A stretch of 64,000 nucleotides of DNA from Rhodothermales bacterium (GCA_013002345.1 JABDKH010000119.1:1763-65762), one strand, 5' to 3'. Shown: positions 20,224-30,073, counted from the first letter of the stretch. The notes: generated by a model from the letters alone, not told the origin. Translations and numbers: made by a program.

Positions 20224-20997
20224 ATGGAATTGTCGACCGATACACCCGCCGTTGAAGTGCGCGACCTGACCGTCGCGTACCGCGAGAAGCCCGTCCTCTG
20301 GGACATTGACCTCGATGTGCCGAAGGGTGTCCTGATGGCAATCATCGGGCCCAACGGTGCCGGCAAGACGACACTCATCAAGTCAATTCTGGGATTGGTG
20401 AAGTCGGCTGCAGGGGAGGTGCTCGTGTACGGCAAACCGTATGAGAAGCAGCGCAGCCGTGTGGCGTACGTCCCGCAGCGCGGAAGTGTCGATTGGGACT
20501 TCCCGACGAACGTTGTTGACGTCGTCACAATGGGGCTCTATGGTTCTATCGGCTGGATACGGCGCCCGCGTTCGCGTGACCGTCGTCTGGCGACCGAGGC
20601 CCTCAAGAAAGTGGGCATGGAGCAGTACGCCTTCCGGCAGATCAGTCAGCTCTCCGGCGGTCAGCAACAGCGAGTCTTTCTTGCACGCGCCCTGGTGCAG
20701 GATGCCGATCTGTTCCTGATGGACGAACCCTTTCAGGGAGTCGACGCAACCACAGAGAAGGCGATTGTCGCTCTTCTTCACGACCTGCGAGCCCGCGACA
20801 AGACGGTCATCGTTGTGCATCACGATCTGCAGACAGTGGCTGAGTACTTTGACAGCGTGTTGCTCCTCAACGTCCGGCGAATTGCGTCGGGCACGGTGGA
20901 CGACGTGTATACGGAAGACAACCTGCGCCTGACGTATGGTGGTCGTGTTGGCTTTGTTCGGGAGGGTGTTCGGCGCCAGTCCCAGTCGGCAAGCTAG
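20224..20997 (+). CDS. Metal ABC transporter ATP-binding protein
   Basis: 257 aa. Walker [10 protein letters not shown], signature LSGGQQQR, Walker [13 protein letters not shown]. Confidence 0.9.
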   Translation: MELSTDTPAVEVRDLTVAYREKPVLWDIDLDVPKGVLMAIIGPNGAGKTTLIKSILGLVKSAAGEVLVYGKPYEKQRSRVAYVPQRGSVDWDFPTNVVDVVTMGLYGSIGWIRRPRSRDRRLATEALKKVGMEQYAFRQISQLSGGQQQRVFLARALVQDADLFLMDEPFQGVDATTEKAIVALLHDLRARDKTVIVVHHDLQTVAEYFDSVLLLNVRRIASGTVDDVYTEDNLRLTYGGRVGFVREGVRRQSQSAS

Positions 20998-21009
20998 CCG
21001 GTTCACGCC

Positions 21010-22170
21010 ATGGAATTCCTCGCCGAACTGTTTACCGACTATACGCTGCGCACCGTTGCTCTCGGTTCGGCCGTCCTGGGTATTACCAGCGGCACACTGG
21101 GGACGTTCGCCGTACTGAGGCAGCAAAGTCTTCTCGGGGATGCCATCTCTCACGCGGCGCTGCCGGGGATCGCGATCGCGTTCATCCTGACGGGCTCGAA
21201 AGTCCCCCTGGCATTGATTGCCGGTGCTGCGGTTGCCGGCTGGGTCGCCACGATGATCGTCTCATTCATCGCCGGCTCCACCCGCATCAAGTATGACAGC
21301 GCCCTGGGTCTGGTGCTGGCCGTGTTCTTCGGACTAGGCCTTGTGCTGCTGACTTTCATTCAGCAAAGCCCGAATGCCAACCAGGCAGGGCTGAACTCCT
21401 TTCTCTTCGGCCAGGCCGCTTCGCTCATCGTGGAGGACGTCCTCATCATGGGTGCGGTCGGGCTCGTTAGCGTCGCCTGTGTAGCGATGTTCTGGAAGGA
21501 GTTCAAATTGCTCTCGTTCGATCCGGAATTCGGTCGGACGGTCGGATTGCCCACAGGTGTGGTCGATGCGGGGCTGACGACCCTGCTTGTGCTGTCCATT
21601 GTGATCGGACTGCAGACGGTGGGCGTCGTACTCATGAGTGCGATGATCATCGCGCCGGCGGCGGCGGCCCGACAGTGGACGGACCGGCTGGGATCAATGG
21701 TGCTCCTCTCCGCGCTTTTCGGTGCGGTCTCGGGTGTCGGCGGAGCCATGATCAGCAGTCACGTGCCCAATCTGCCCACGGGCCCCACGATCGTTCTCTT
21801 CATCGGTGTCATCGTCATGATCTCGTTCTTTCTTGCGCCGAATCGCGGTATCGCGTGGCGGCTGTGGCGGGAATGGCGGAACGGCCGGCGGCTGCGGCTC
21901 GAGGCGGTGCTCCTCGATCTCTGGGCGCTGTCGGTTCAGCACGACCGGAGCGACCATCCCCACGAAGAGGCCGTCCTCAACATAATGAGCGACCCGACGG
22001 CTCGTACCCGACAGAATCTCAGGATTCTTGAAGAGCGCGGATTTGCCCGTCAGATCAATCCGACGCTGTGGTCACTCACACGTGCGGGCGTGGCGCGCGC
22101 CCAGGCGATCCTGGATCGTGACAACCAGACGAACAACGCAGCGAATGACAACGGTGGTCCCCGTCAATGA
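21010..22170 (+). CDS. Metal ABC transporter permease (ABC-3 family) with C-terminal wHTH-like extension
   Basis: 386 aa. The ABC-3 membrane core covers roughly the first 290 aa. The cytoplasmic tail ...NIMSDPTARTRQNLRILEERGFARQINPTLWSLTRAGVARAQAIL resembles the DtxR N-terminal DNA-binding domain. Confidence 0.8.
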   Translation: MEFLAELFTDYTLRTVALGSAVLGITSGTLGTFAVLRQQSLLGDAISHAALPGIAIAFILTGSKVPLALIAGAAVAGWVATMIVSFIAGSTRIKYDSALGLVLAVFFGLGLVLLTFIQQSPNANQAGLNSFLFGQAASLIVEDVLIMGAVGLVSVACVAMFWKEFKLLSFDPEFGRTVGLPTGVVDAGLTTLLVLSIVIGLQTVGVVLMSAMIIAPAAAARQWTDRLGSMVLLSALFGAVSGVGGAMISSHVPNLPTGPTIVLFIGVIVMISFFLAPNRGIAWRLWREWRNGRRLRLEAVLLDLWALSVQHDRSDHPHEEAVLNIMSDPTARTRQNLRILEERGFARQINPTLWSLTRAGVARAQAILDRDNQTNNAANDNGGPRQ

Positions 22171-23279
22171 CGCCTGAGCAGATCGAAATACAGCTTATTG
22201 CAGTGGTTGTTGCTGCTGCGTGCGCCATCCCGGGCGTCTTCCTGGTCTTGCGGCGCATGGCCATGATGAGCGATGCGATCAGTCACGCCATTCTGCCGGG
22301 CATCGTGCTGGCCTTTTTCATCACTCACGATCTGAATTCACCGCTCCTCGTAATCGCGGCTGGCGCGACCGGCATCCTGACGGTCTTCCTCGTAGAATCG
22401 ATCCTGAAGACCCGGCTGCTGAAAGAGGACGCGGCGATCGGTTTGGTCTTTCCGATTCTCTTCAGTCTTGGCGTCGTGCTGATCGCTCGCTACGCGGGAG
22501 ACATTCACCTGGATACGGACGCCGTGTTGCTGGGCGAGCTGGCTTTCGCCCCATTTGATCGCCTGGTGCTCTTCGGCGTCGATATTGGTCCGAAGTCATT
22601 GACGACCATGACTGGTATTCTGATTGCGAATGCACTCTTCGTCATCGTCTTCTACAAGGAGCTCAAACTGTCGACGTTTGATGCGGGGCTGGCGGCGGCG
22701 CTCGGGTTTTTTCCGGCCGCTCTGCACTATATCCTGATGGCACTAGTATCGGTAACCGCCGTTGGCGCCTTCGATGCGGTGGGCTCTGTTCTCGTTGTGG
22801 CGCTGATGATTGGACCGCCCGCGGCAGCGTACCTCTTGACCGACAGACTGGCACGGATGATCGGACTAAGCCTCATCATCGGGGCCGTCTCGGCCATCGG
22901 GGGCTACTGGATGTCGTTCGCGCTCGACGCATCGATTGCGGGTTGCATCGCGGTGGCTGTCGGGATCGTATTTGGCGCGGTCCTGATCCTCGCGCCCGAG
23001 CGTGGCATTATCGCAAGCTACCGTCGTCGCTGGCGGCTGAAGTGGACCTTCGCGGAGAAGATGCTCTCGATCCACCTTCAGCAGCACGAAGGGTTGCCCG
23101 AGGAAGCTCGCGAAAACCGGCCGGCCCACCTCCAGGAACATCTCCGTTGGAAGCCCGACTTCGCCGAGCGCGTCGTGCGTTTCTCCGAGCGCGACGGCCT
23201 TGTGGTGCGCCGCGGTGACCTGCTCTTGCTGACGGAAGCCGGGCGCGCCCTGGCTTCCGAGGCGATCGTTCAAAACTAG
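22167..23279 (+). CDS. Metal ABC transporter permease (ABC-3 family) with C-terminal wHTH-like extension
   Basis: 370 aa; its start overlaps the previous stop by 4 nt. The tail ...RVVRFSERDGLVVRRGDLLLLTEAGRALASEAI closely resembles DtxR ...MERDGLVVV...L.LT..GR.LA. Confidence 0.8.
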   Translation: MTPEQIEIQLIAVVVAAACAIPGVFLVLRRMAMMSDAISHAILPGIVLAFFITHDLNSPLLVIAAGATGILTVFLVESILKTRLLKEDAAIGLVFPILFSLGVVLIARYAGDIHLDTDAVLLGELAFAPFDRLVLFGVDIGPKSLTTMTGILIANALFVIVFYKELKLSTFDAGLAAALGFFPAALHYILMALVSVTAVGAFDAVGSVLVVALMIGPPAAAYLLTDRLARMIGLSLIIGAVSAIGGYWMSFALDASIAGCIAVAVGIVFGAVLILAPERGIIASYRRRWRLKWTFAEKMLSIHLQQHEGLPEEARENRPAHLQEHLRWKPDFAERVVRFSERDGLVVRRGDLLLLTEAGRALASEAIVQN

Positions 23280-23291
23280 CGCCGCGTCTCG

Positions 23292-24989
23292 CTACTTGGC
23301 GTAGGACACGGAGCGCGTCTCGCGGATCACTGTCACCTTGATCTGTCCCGGGTACTGCATCTCCTGCTGAATGCGCTTCGCGATGTCAAGCGCCAACAAC
23401 TCGGCCTTGGAATCGGAGACAAGGTCGTGATTGACGATGACGCGCACCTCTCGTCCTGCCTGTATGGCAAACACCCGTTCAACGCCATCGAAGGACGCCG
23501 CCAGTTCTTCCAGCTTCTCGAGCCGCCGGATGTACGACTCGAGAGCCTCCCGCCGCGCTCCCGGACGTGCTCCCGAGATCGCATCCGCTGCCTGTACCAG
23601 TGGTGAGATGGTGGCCGTCATCTCGATCTCGTCGTGATGTGCGCCAACCGCGTTGCAGACCGCTTCTGATTCCTTGAATCGCCGGCAGATCTCCATCCCC
23701 ACGAGCGCGTGCGGATTCTCCGTGTCTTCCTCGTCCACCTTTCCGATATCGTGCAGGAGTCCGGCGCGGCGCGTTGCAACAGCATCCAGTCCCAGTTCGC
23801 TCGCGAGCAACGAGGCGATGCGGGCCGTTTCGATCGAGTGACTGAGCAGATTCTGACCATAACTCGTCCGGTAGCGCATTCTCCCGATCATCTTGATGAG
23901 CTCGGGGTGGAGGCCGTGCAGATTGAGATCAATCACCGTACGCTCTCCGATCTCGACCAGTTCGTCCTCGATCTCTGCCGTCGTCTTCTCAACGACTTCC
24001 TCAATTCGAGCGGGGTGAATCCGTCCGTCCTGAATAAGTCGGTTGAGAGAGAGTCGGGCGATTTCCCTCCTGACGGGATTGAAGCCGGAGAGAATGACGG
24101 CTTCCGGCGTGTCGTCGACGATCACTTCGACTCCTGTGGCCGCTTCGAAGGCTCTGATGTTGCGACCTTCCCTGCCAATGATCCGACCCTTCATCTCGTC
24201 GGACTGGATGTTCACGACGGAAACCGTGTTCTCTATGGCATGGGTCGCGGCCATCCGCTGGATGGCATTGATGATGACCTTGCGCGCCTCCCGATTGGCA
24301 GTCAGCTTGGCCTCGTCACGGATCTCCTTGATGATGGACGCCGCCTCGAGTTTGGCCTCCTCAATGAGATGTTGAATGAGTGCCTCGTGTGCCTCGGCGC
24401 GCGTCAGTCCCGACACCTGCTCGAGTTTTCTGACATGCTCGTCGACCTGCCGGCTCAGCCGATCTCGCTTTCGCTGCAAGTCTTCCCTGACTCTGCCGGC
24501 TTCTTCTTCCTGGTCCGCAAGCCGCGTTTCACGTCCCGACACTTCCTCGAGAAGGAGTGCGGCCTCGTGCCGGATCTCGTCAACGTCCTTCTGGGCCTGG
24601 TCCGCCGCAATCCGGAGCGACTCGACAACATCCATGCCCGAGAGCAAAGCGGTCTCCCGGTCTTCGATCTGTCGCGTTGAACGGTCCAGTCTGGATTGCC
24701 TGGACTCCAGCTTCTCGCGCTTTTCGCGTAGTGCTCGCCTGCTCCTGTCGGTTTCGTCGTCGAGCTTTATCCGCCTGTCGTTCAGCTCCTGCTCGAGCCG
24801 GTCAATTCGCTCGCGCTTGATAGTTTGCGCTTCCTTTTCGGCCTCAGCGATGAGGCGACGTGATTCCTCACGTGCGTTGGCAAGATGCCTCCGACCAAAA
24901 TGCCGGAGCAAGAATCTATCGGTGACAATTCCAAGAGCGGCGGCAGCTACGGCGACGGCCACGAGGACGCCTACCGTAGTTATATCCAT
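23292..24989 (-). CDS. rny: Ribonuclease Y
   Basis: 565 aa. N-terminal transmembrane helix, long coiled coil, KH domain ([15 protein letters not shown]) and HD domain (SIETARIA...AGLLHDIGK). Confidence 0.95.
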   Translation of the reverse strand: MDITTVGVLVAVAVAAAALGIVTDRFLLRHFGRRHLANAREESRRLIAEAEKEAQTIKRERIDRLEQELNDRRIKLDDETDRSRRALREKREKLESRQSRLDRSTRQIEDRETALLSGMDVVESLRIAADQAQKDVDEIRHEAALLLEEVSGRETRLADQEEEAGRVREDLQRKRDRLSRQVDEHVRKLEQVSGLTRAEAHEALIQHLIEEAKLEAASIIKEIRDEAKLTANREARKVIINAIQRMAATHAIENTVSVVNIQSDEMKGRIIGREGRNIRAFEAATGVEVIVDDTPEAVILSGFNPVRREIARLSLNRLIQDGRIHPARIEEVVEKTTAEIEDELVEIGERTVIDLNLHGLHPELIKMIGRMRYRTSYGQNLLSHSIETARIASLLASELGLDAVATRRAGLLHDIGKVDEEDTENPHALVGMEICRRFKESEAVCNAVGAHHDEIEMTATISPLVQAADAISGARPGARREALESYIRRLEKLEELAASFDGVERVFAIQAGREVRVIVNHDLVSDSKAELLALDIAKRIQQEMQYPGQIKVTVIRETRSVSYAK

Positions 24990-25066
24990 GAGTGATTATC
25001 GTAGTTGTGTGAGCGGGCGCGTGCGTGCGGCCGCACCCCCACGCTAAGATATTTTTTGGTCGTAAC

Positions 25067-25102
25067 AAAAGAACCCCGGGAGGTAATTAAACCTCACCGG
25101 GG
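25067..25102 (-). terminator. Rho-independent terminator (minus strand)
   Basis: On the minus strand, CCCCGG-UG-AGGU UUAAUU ACCU-CCCGGGG forms about 11 bp with one bulge. It is followed by UUCUUUUG and lies about 75 nt upstream of the rny start codon. Confidence 0.65.
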
Positions 25103-25260
25103 CTTGCCGTCAAGACGGCTACGTCCTGCGATGATGATATGAAGAACCCCTTCACATCACAGTGGGTACCGCTCACCTCTTTTTTGGCTTCCCCGGTCGA
25201 CTCCGAAGAATCGGACCCGTAAGGGCTGGGGCCTGCCGTCCAGAAGCGAAGGATGGCTCC
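25067..25260 (-). ncRNA. Candidate ~190-nt structured RNA (6S-like sRNA or rny leader/attenuator)
   Basis: No credible ORF here. A sigma70-like TTATCA-N19-TATACT lies at 25295-25265. A long-range helix pairs 25252-25243 with 25158-25149 (9 of 10 pairs) and encloses two hairpins. The element ends at the terminator. It occupies the position downstream of zapA that ssrS holds in E. coli. Confidence 0.3.
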
Positions 25261-25352
25261 CTCAAGTATAGACTGTTAGGTTCTTACTTTGATAATCGCA
25301 GGAGTCTCGTAGACGTACGGTATATCGAAAAGTTCGCGAACGCAATGTCGGA

Positions 25353-25646
25353 TCATGAATGACCCGACAGTACCACGTCCAACCGGTCGCTCAATTCGTC
25401 TAACTGCCGGCTCAGCTCTTCTGAGTCCGAAGTCGCACGGCTCTCGTTTGTAAACAGTTCTTCCGTCACCGCGAGGCCGGCGATGACCGCCGTCGTAATA
25501 TCCTGCTGCTCCGGATGCGCCTCGCGAAAGGCACGCATCTTCGTGTCCAGGTAGGCGGCGATTTCCTTCGTGATCTTCTCGTCGTCCTGCTGAACTCGCA
25601 GGCCGTACTCGCGGCCGAGGACGTTGACGCGGACTGACTTCTCCAT
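25353..25646 (-). CDS. zapA: Cell division protein ZapA
   Basis: 97 aa from the ATG at 25646. VRVNVLGREYGLRVQQDDEKITKEIAAYLDTKM...AVIAGLAVTEELF fits the ZapA family pattern. The upstream part of the 155-aa track ORF is rejected. Confidence 0.8.
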   Translation of the reverse strand: MEKSVRVNVLGREYGLRVQQDDEKITKEIAAYLDTKMRAFREAHPEQQDITTAVIAGLAVTEELFTNESRATSDSEELSRQLDELSDRLDVVLSGHS

Positions 25647-25656
25647 GAGAAAGAGC

Positions 25657-25962
25657 CTAGTTTTCGGTCTGTAGGTACTCGTCGATCGTGTCAATGAAAC
25701 CCCGGACTTTCGCTCGCAATACGTCCGGGCGCTCATCGAATACGATGCCTGGTTTCTTGCTGGTCTTCGTGACCGACGATCGAAGTTTCGCAATATTTGA
25801 GGACATGCGTGCATTCTCACTGCGAAGACGCACGATCTCGTCTGCGGCGGCTTCTACGCGCCCGCGAAGGCGTTCCAACGACTCCGTCTTTCGAGGCCTC
25901 GCGAGATGCTCAGCTTTTCCGTTCCGGGTCTTGCCTTTCGTCGACATCGACTTCACCTCCAT
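25657..25962 (-). CDS. Small coiled-coil protein (hypothetical), upstream partner of zapA
   Basis: 101-aa ORF ending 10 nt before the zapA start. Basic N-terminus followed by a heptad-like segment (LERLRGRVEAAADEIVRLRSENARMSSNIAKLRSS). I do not recognise a family. Confidence 0.45.
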   Translation of the reverse strand: MEVKSMSTKGKTRNGKAEHLARPRKTESLERLRGRVEAAADEIVRLRSENARMSSNIAKLRSSVTKTSKKPGIVFDERPDVLRAKVRGFIDTIDEYLQTEN

Positions 25963-26028
25963 TGGCTCGACACGGAAACTGCTGCGCGTCTCAGCCTGTT
26001 CGTGGACTTGACTCAGGAATATATAAAT

Positions 26029-28509
26029 CTACTCGCGAAGATCAGCGTTGTAGACACGGACAACTGTGCGCACGACCTGTTCGACCCGGGCATCCACCTC
26101 CTTGTCGGTCAACGTTCTGTCTGCCCCGAATCGCAAGAAGAAGCCGATGCTCTTCTTGCCCTGGCCGATACTTTTACCTGCATACACGTCAAAGACGCTG
26201 ACCGATGTCAGTAGCGGGCCGCTCTCGTTCCGGATGGTGTCGAGCATCGGTCCCGCAGACTGCCCTGCATCGACGACAAACGCGAGGTCACGCTCGACGG
26301 TCGGAAACCGGCTGATCGGGGAGTACGTGCGGGTCTCGATCGAGGGCATCCTGTCGAGTATTCGCGTCCAGTTCAATTCAGCAAACAGCACGGGGCCGGC
26401 AAGGTCGTGCTCCTTCGCGACTTCCTCGCGTAGCTGTCCGGCGAAGCCGATGTAGACGTCCTCTGCGAAATACGAAAGGCCGTGCTCGACGATGGATGAT
26501 GGCTCGTCATGCAACCGCGTAGTCACGTTGCCGATTTCTAGAAGGTCCGGTATGGCTGCTGCCGTGCCGGAGATATCGTGGAAATCAAATGTGTGAGGCT
26601 CATGCGACCAGTGTCGCTCTCCGTCCTGACCCGTCAGGAGCAAGGCAAGTGCTTCATGCTCCTCATAGCCCGGTACTATGGACGATTCGTGCTGCTGTCG
26701 CGAGAAGACGTGACCCACTTCAACGAGCCGGATATCGGTACGGCCATGGTTCGCGTTGTGGCGCGCGACTTGCAGAAGTCCGGGAATCAGGCTCGGTCGA
26801 AGCGTCGTCATCTCCTGCGTAATCGCGTTGGCGGTAGTCACAACCTCACCACCATACAGGTCGCCGGAGATGACTTCGTCGTAGAACGCCCGAGCTCTTT
26901 CTTCCGGCAGTAAACTGTTCGTGTAGATCTCCCGATATCCCCATCCCGTGAGGCGCGAGAAAAGAAGCTCGCGGGCGCCATCCTCTTTGCGAGTACGCGG
27001 AATGAAGCCGGGAATCCGTGAAGTGCGCGGTTCCTCGATCTTGTCGTAGCCGTGTAGCCTCGCAATTTCCTCAATGACATCGATTTCGCGCTCGATGTCT
27101 GGTCTGAATGGCGGAATTGTGCAGGACAGTCGATCGCCGTCACCAACGGTAACCCCGATTCCGATCGCCTCAAGTTGCCGGACCGCCTGGGGGCGCGGAA
27201 TGCGTGTGCCGAGTACGTGATCCGCACGCATCATCCGAACTTCGAGTTGGCGCAAGACGTGAGGGGCTGGATGCACGTCGACGATTCCGTCAATCACGGT
27301 GCCATCTGCGATTTTGGCCATGAGCGTCGCCGCGCGCATCGCCGCCACAGCCTGGACCTCGGGGTCGACTCCTCGCTCAAATCGATACGAAGCGTCCGTC
27401 TGAAGTCCTGTGTGCCTCGCGGTACGTCGTACCGTCGATGGATCGAAGTAGGCGCTCTCGATCAGTACGTTGACGGTTCGATCCGAAACCTCCGAGTTCT
27501 GGCCGCCCATCACGCCGGCAATGGCGACGTCGCGTTCGCCGTCACGGATCATTAGCGTGCCCGCAGGGAGTTCGCGTTCCTTGTCGTCCAGTGTCGTGAA
27601 TTTAGTCGGCGCCTCGGTTGCTCTGACCTCAATTCTGGCACCGGACAGTTCATCAAGATCGAAGGCGTGCAACGGCTGGCCGATCTCGTACATCACGAAG
27701 TTTGTGATGTCGACGATGTTGTTGCGCGGACGCAGCCCGACCGCTTCAAGTCGGACCTTCAACCAATCGGGTGATTCTCCCACTCGAACGCCCTCAACGA
27801 CGACGCCCACATACCTGTGGCACAGCTCGGGAGATGCAATGGTGACGGCCACATGATTCCCGGCCTCCCCTGGCCCGGTAGGGATGGTCACCTCTGGAAT
27901 GCGAAGTGGCTGGTTCGTCAGCGCTGCAACATCACGTGCAATACCAACATGACAGGTTGCATCCGGCCTGTTGGGCGTCACCGCAATATCGATAACGAAG
28001 TCCTCGCGTCGACCGGTCGTTCGTTCCAGGTATTCCTGTAAGGGTTCGCCGATCTTTGCGTCCTTAGCCAGTACCATGATGCCCGAGTGATCTGTCGACA
28101 GTCCGAGTTCGTCTTCGGCACAGATCATTCCGTTCGACTCCACACCACGCATCGAACGACTGGATACAACGATGTCCGAGAATCCACCCTCGGCTCTGGT
28201 ATCAGGAATCGAAAGGCGTGCACCAATTTTCGCGACGGGCGCAAGTTGACCCGACTCCACATTGGGTGCTCCGCAGATGATCTGCAGGGGCTCAGAGGCT
28301 CCAACGTCGACAGAGCAAACGGTGAGCCGGTCGGCGTCTGGGTGCCTGTCAACACTCAGGACATGTCCGACAACAACGCCGTCGGGCATGCCGCCGATCG
28401 CGTCCACCGACTCGACCTCGAGGCCTGCCATCGTCAGCATATCTGCCAGGTCAGCCGGAGAGGCCGTGACGTCGACGTATTCTTTCAGCCAGTTGTAACT
28501 GATCTTCAT
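26029..28509 (-). CDS. pheT: Phenylalanine--tRNA ligase beta subunit
   Basis: 826 aa. MKISYNWLKEYV N-terminus, tRNA-binding domain, B3/4 and B5 domains, and a C-terminal FDX-ACB domain. Confidence 0.97.
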   Translation of the reverse strand: MKISYNWLKEYVDVTASPADLADMLTMAGLEVESVDAIGGMPDGVVVGHVLSVDRHPDADRLTVCSVDVGASEPLQIICGAPNVESGQLAPVAKIGARLSIPDTRAEGGFSDIVVSSRSMRGVESNGMICAEDELGLSTDHSGIMVLAKDAKIGEPLQEYLERTTGRREDFVIDIAVTPNRPDATCHVGIARDVAALTNQPLRIPEVTIPTGPGEAGNHVAVTIASPELCHRYVGVVVEGVRVGESPDWLKVRLEAVGLRPRNNIVDITNFVMYEIGQPLHAFDLDELSGARIEVRATEAPTKFTTLDDKERELPAGTLMIRDGERDVAIAGVMGGQNSEVSDRTVNVLIESAYFDPSTVRRTARHTGLQTDASYRFERGVDPEVQAVAAMRAATLMAKIADGTVIDGIVDVHPAPHVLRQLEVRMMRADHVLGTRIPRPQAVRQLEAIGIGVTVGDGDRLSCTIPPFRPDIEREIDVIEEIARLHGYDKIEEPRTSRIPGFIPRTRKEDGARELLFSRLTGWGYREIYTNSLLPEERARAFYDEVISGDLYGGEVVTTANAITQEMTTLRPSLIPGLLQVARHNANHGRTDIRLVEVGHVFSRQQHESSIVPGYEEHEALALLLTGQDGERHWSHEPHTFDFHDISGTAAAIPDLLEIGNVTTRLHDEPSSIVEHGLSYFAEDVYIGFAGQLREEVAKEHDLAGPVLFAELNWTRILDRMPSIETRTYSPISRFPTVERDLAFVVDAGQSAGPMLDTIRNESGPLLTSVSVFDVYAGKSIGQGKKSIGFFLRFGADRTLTDKEVDARVEQVVRTVVRVYNADLRE

Positions 28510-28533
28510 GATCGCGGAAGCAGGGGTTCGATA

Positions 28534-29544
28534 TCAGAATTGATCGAGGAAACGGAAGTCATTTTCGTACAGCAGTCGAATATCCGGGATGTCGTGGCGG
28601 AGCATGGCGATTCGCTCGATCCCGATACCGAATGCGTAGCCCGTGTAGCGCTCGGAATCAATGCCAACGTTGGTAAACACATTCGGGTCTACCATACCGC
28701 ATCCCAGTATCTCAAGCCAGCGTCCTCCTTCGGGCAGCCGGCTGTCTTCCCACCAGATGTCGACTTCGGCGCTCGGTTCGGTGAAGGGAAAAAAGGATGG
28801 CCGAAATCGCATCTTCACGTCGTCGTGAAAGATCGCTCGCGCGAACACGTGGAGATCATGTTTGAGGTCTGCGAAGGTCACTCCTTCATCGACGAAGAGT
28901 CCTTCGACCTGATGGAACAGACAGAACGATTTGTATGACAGGGCTTCGTTTCGATATACCCGCCCCGGTACCAGGACACGGACCGGTGGCTTCTGTTCGC
29001 GCATCACACGAATCTGAGCCGGCGATGTATGTGTCCGCAGCAGCACGCCATCGTCGCCGGTTTCAGACGGCGAGATGAACAATGTATCCTGCATGTCTCG
29101 TGCCGGATGATCGGCCGGGAAGTTGAGGGCCGTGAAGTTGTGCCACTCGTCTTCTATTTCGGGGCCCTCGGCAACAACGAATCCCATACGCTCGAAGATC
29201 TGCAGGATGTCGTTGCGGGTCTTTGTAATCGGATGGATTGAGCCGCGAGCCGGCACGCGCCCCGGCAGCGTCAGATCGATCGCCGATGCTGCTGCGCCGG
29301 ATCGCGCGGCAAGGCGTGTGCGAGCGGAGTCGATGATCTGCTCCACGAGCGCCTTGAGTTCGTTTATCTGCTGGCCGTAGGCCCGACGCTCTGCGGGTTC
29401 GACGGACGGGATTCCCTTGAGCAGACTGGTGATTCGCCCCTGCTTCTTGCTGAGATACTTCAGCCGAAACGTCTCGATCGCCTCGGGTGAGTCGAGTCGT
29501 TCGGATTCAATTTCGCTGCGTATCTGGCTGAGATTGTCGGACAT
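28534..29544 (-). CDS. pheS: Phenylalanine--tRNA ligase alpha subunit
   Basis: 336 aa. HPARDMQDTLF, LLRTHTSPAQIR, FRPSFFPFTEPSAEVD and GYAFGIGIERIAML class-II motifs. Confidence 0.97.
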   Translation of the reverse strand: MSDNLSQIRSEIESERLDSPEAIETFRLKYLSKKQGRITSLLKGIPSVEPAERRAYGQQINELKALVEQIIDSARTRLAARSGAAASAIDLTLPGRVPARGSIHPITKTRNDILQIFERMGFVVAEGPEIEDEWHNFTALNFPADHPARDMQDTLFISPSETGDDGVLLRTHTSPAQIRVMREQKPPVRVLVPGRVYRNEALSYKSFCLFHQVEGLFVDEGVTFADLKHDLHVFARAIFHDDVKMRFRPSFFPFTEPSAEVDIWWEDSRLPEGGRWLEILGCGMVDPNVFTNVGIDSERYTGYAFGIGIERIAMLRHDIPDIRLLYENDFRFLDQF

Positions 29545-29574
29545 TAGTTATGCATACTCCCGGTCCAGTAATGG

Positions 29575-29608
29575 AAAAACCCGCCGGTCCTGCAGAGAGG
29601 GGGCGGGT
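29575..29608 (-). terminator. Hairpin + U4 between rplT and pheS (possible terminator/attenuator)
   Basis: On the minus strand, ACCCGCC (29608-29602), a 16-nt loop, GGCGGGU (29585-29579), then UUUU. The loop is long and the U-tract short, so this would be a weak terminator. Confidence 0.35.
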
Positions 29609-29701
29609 CTTTCGGTCTCAAGACCGTCGGATTTGCGCTTGGTACCCTGCTCGGCAGGCGCTAGTGGCCAAACGCTACAAAAATCTGAGCACAGGTGATA
29701 G

Positions 29702-30049
29702 TCACGACGTCGCTTGTTTGACAACCCGCTCGAAAGCTACCGGGTCGTGCATGGCGAGATCGGCGAGGACCTTCCGGTTCAATTCGATGTCCGCATTGCG
29801 GAGGTCGCCGATGAGTCGGGAGTACGACGTGCCGTTTATTCGGGCCGCTGCATTGATTCTCTGAATCCAGAGGCGACGGAACTGCCGCTTGCGCGCACGC
29901 CGGTCACGGTACTGGTACTGGAGGGCCTTGTCGACCGCGTGTTTTGCGACTGTATAGATGGTGCCGCGGCGACCCCAGTATCCACTGGCCATCGCGAGAA
30001 CGCGCTTTCTGCGACTCTTGGCTGCGACTCTATTCTTCGTACGAGGCAT
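29702..30049 (-). CDS. rplT: 50S ribosomal protein L20
   Basis: 115 aa. [18 protein letters not shown]...GYWGRR...[24 protein letters not shown]. Confidence 0.97.
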   Translation of the reverse strand: MPRTKNRVAAKSRRKRVLAMASGYWGRRGTIYTVAKHAVDKALQYQYRDRRARKRQFRRLWIQRINAAARINGTSYSRLIGDLRNADIELNRKVLADLAMHDPVAFERVVKQATS

Positions 30050-30073
30050 TTTGTTCTACCTGGGACGGATGCG

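Noticed and set aside
25067-25260. Assigning the zapA-rny element to SRP RNA, RNase P RNA or tmRNA.
   Set aside because: The diagnostic motifs are absent by eye. There is no GGAAGCAGC-type SRP domain IV, no GAGGAAAGUCCGGGC P4 strand, and no tRNA-like ends. It is therefore left as an unclassified candidate.
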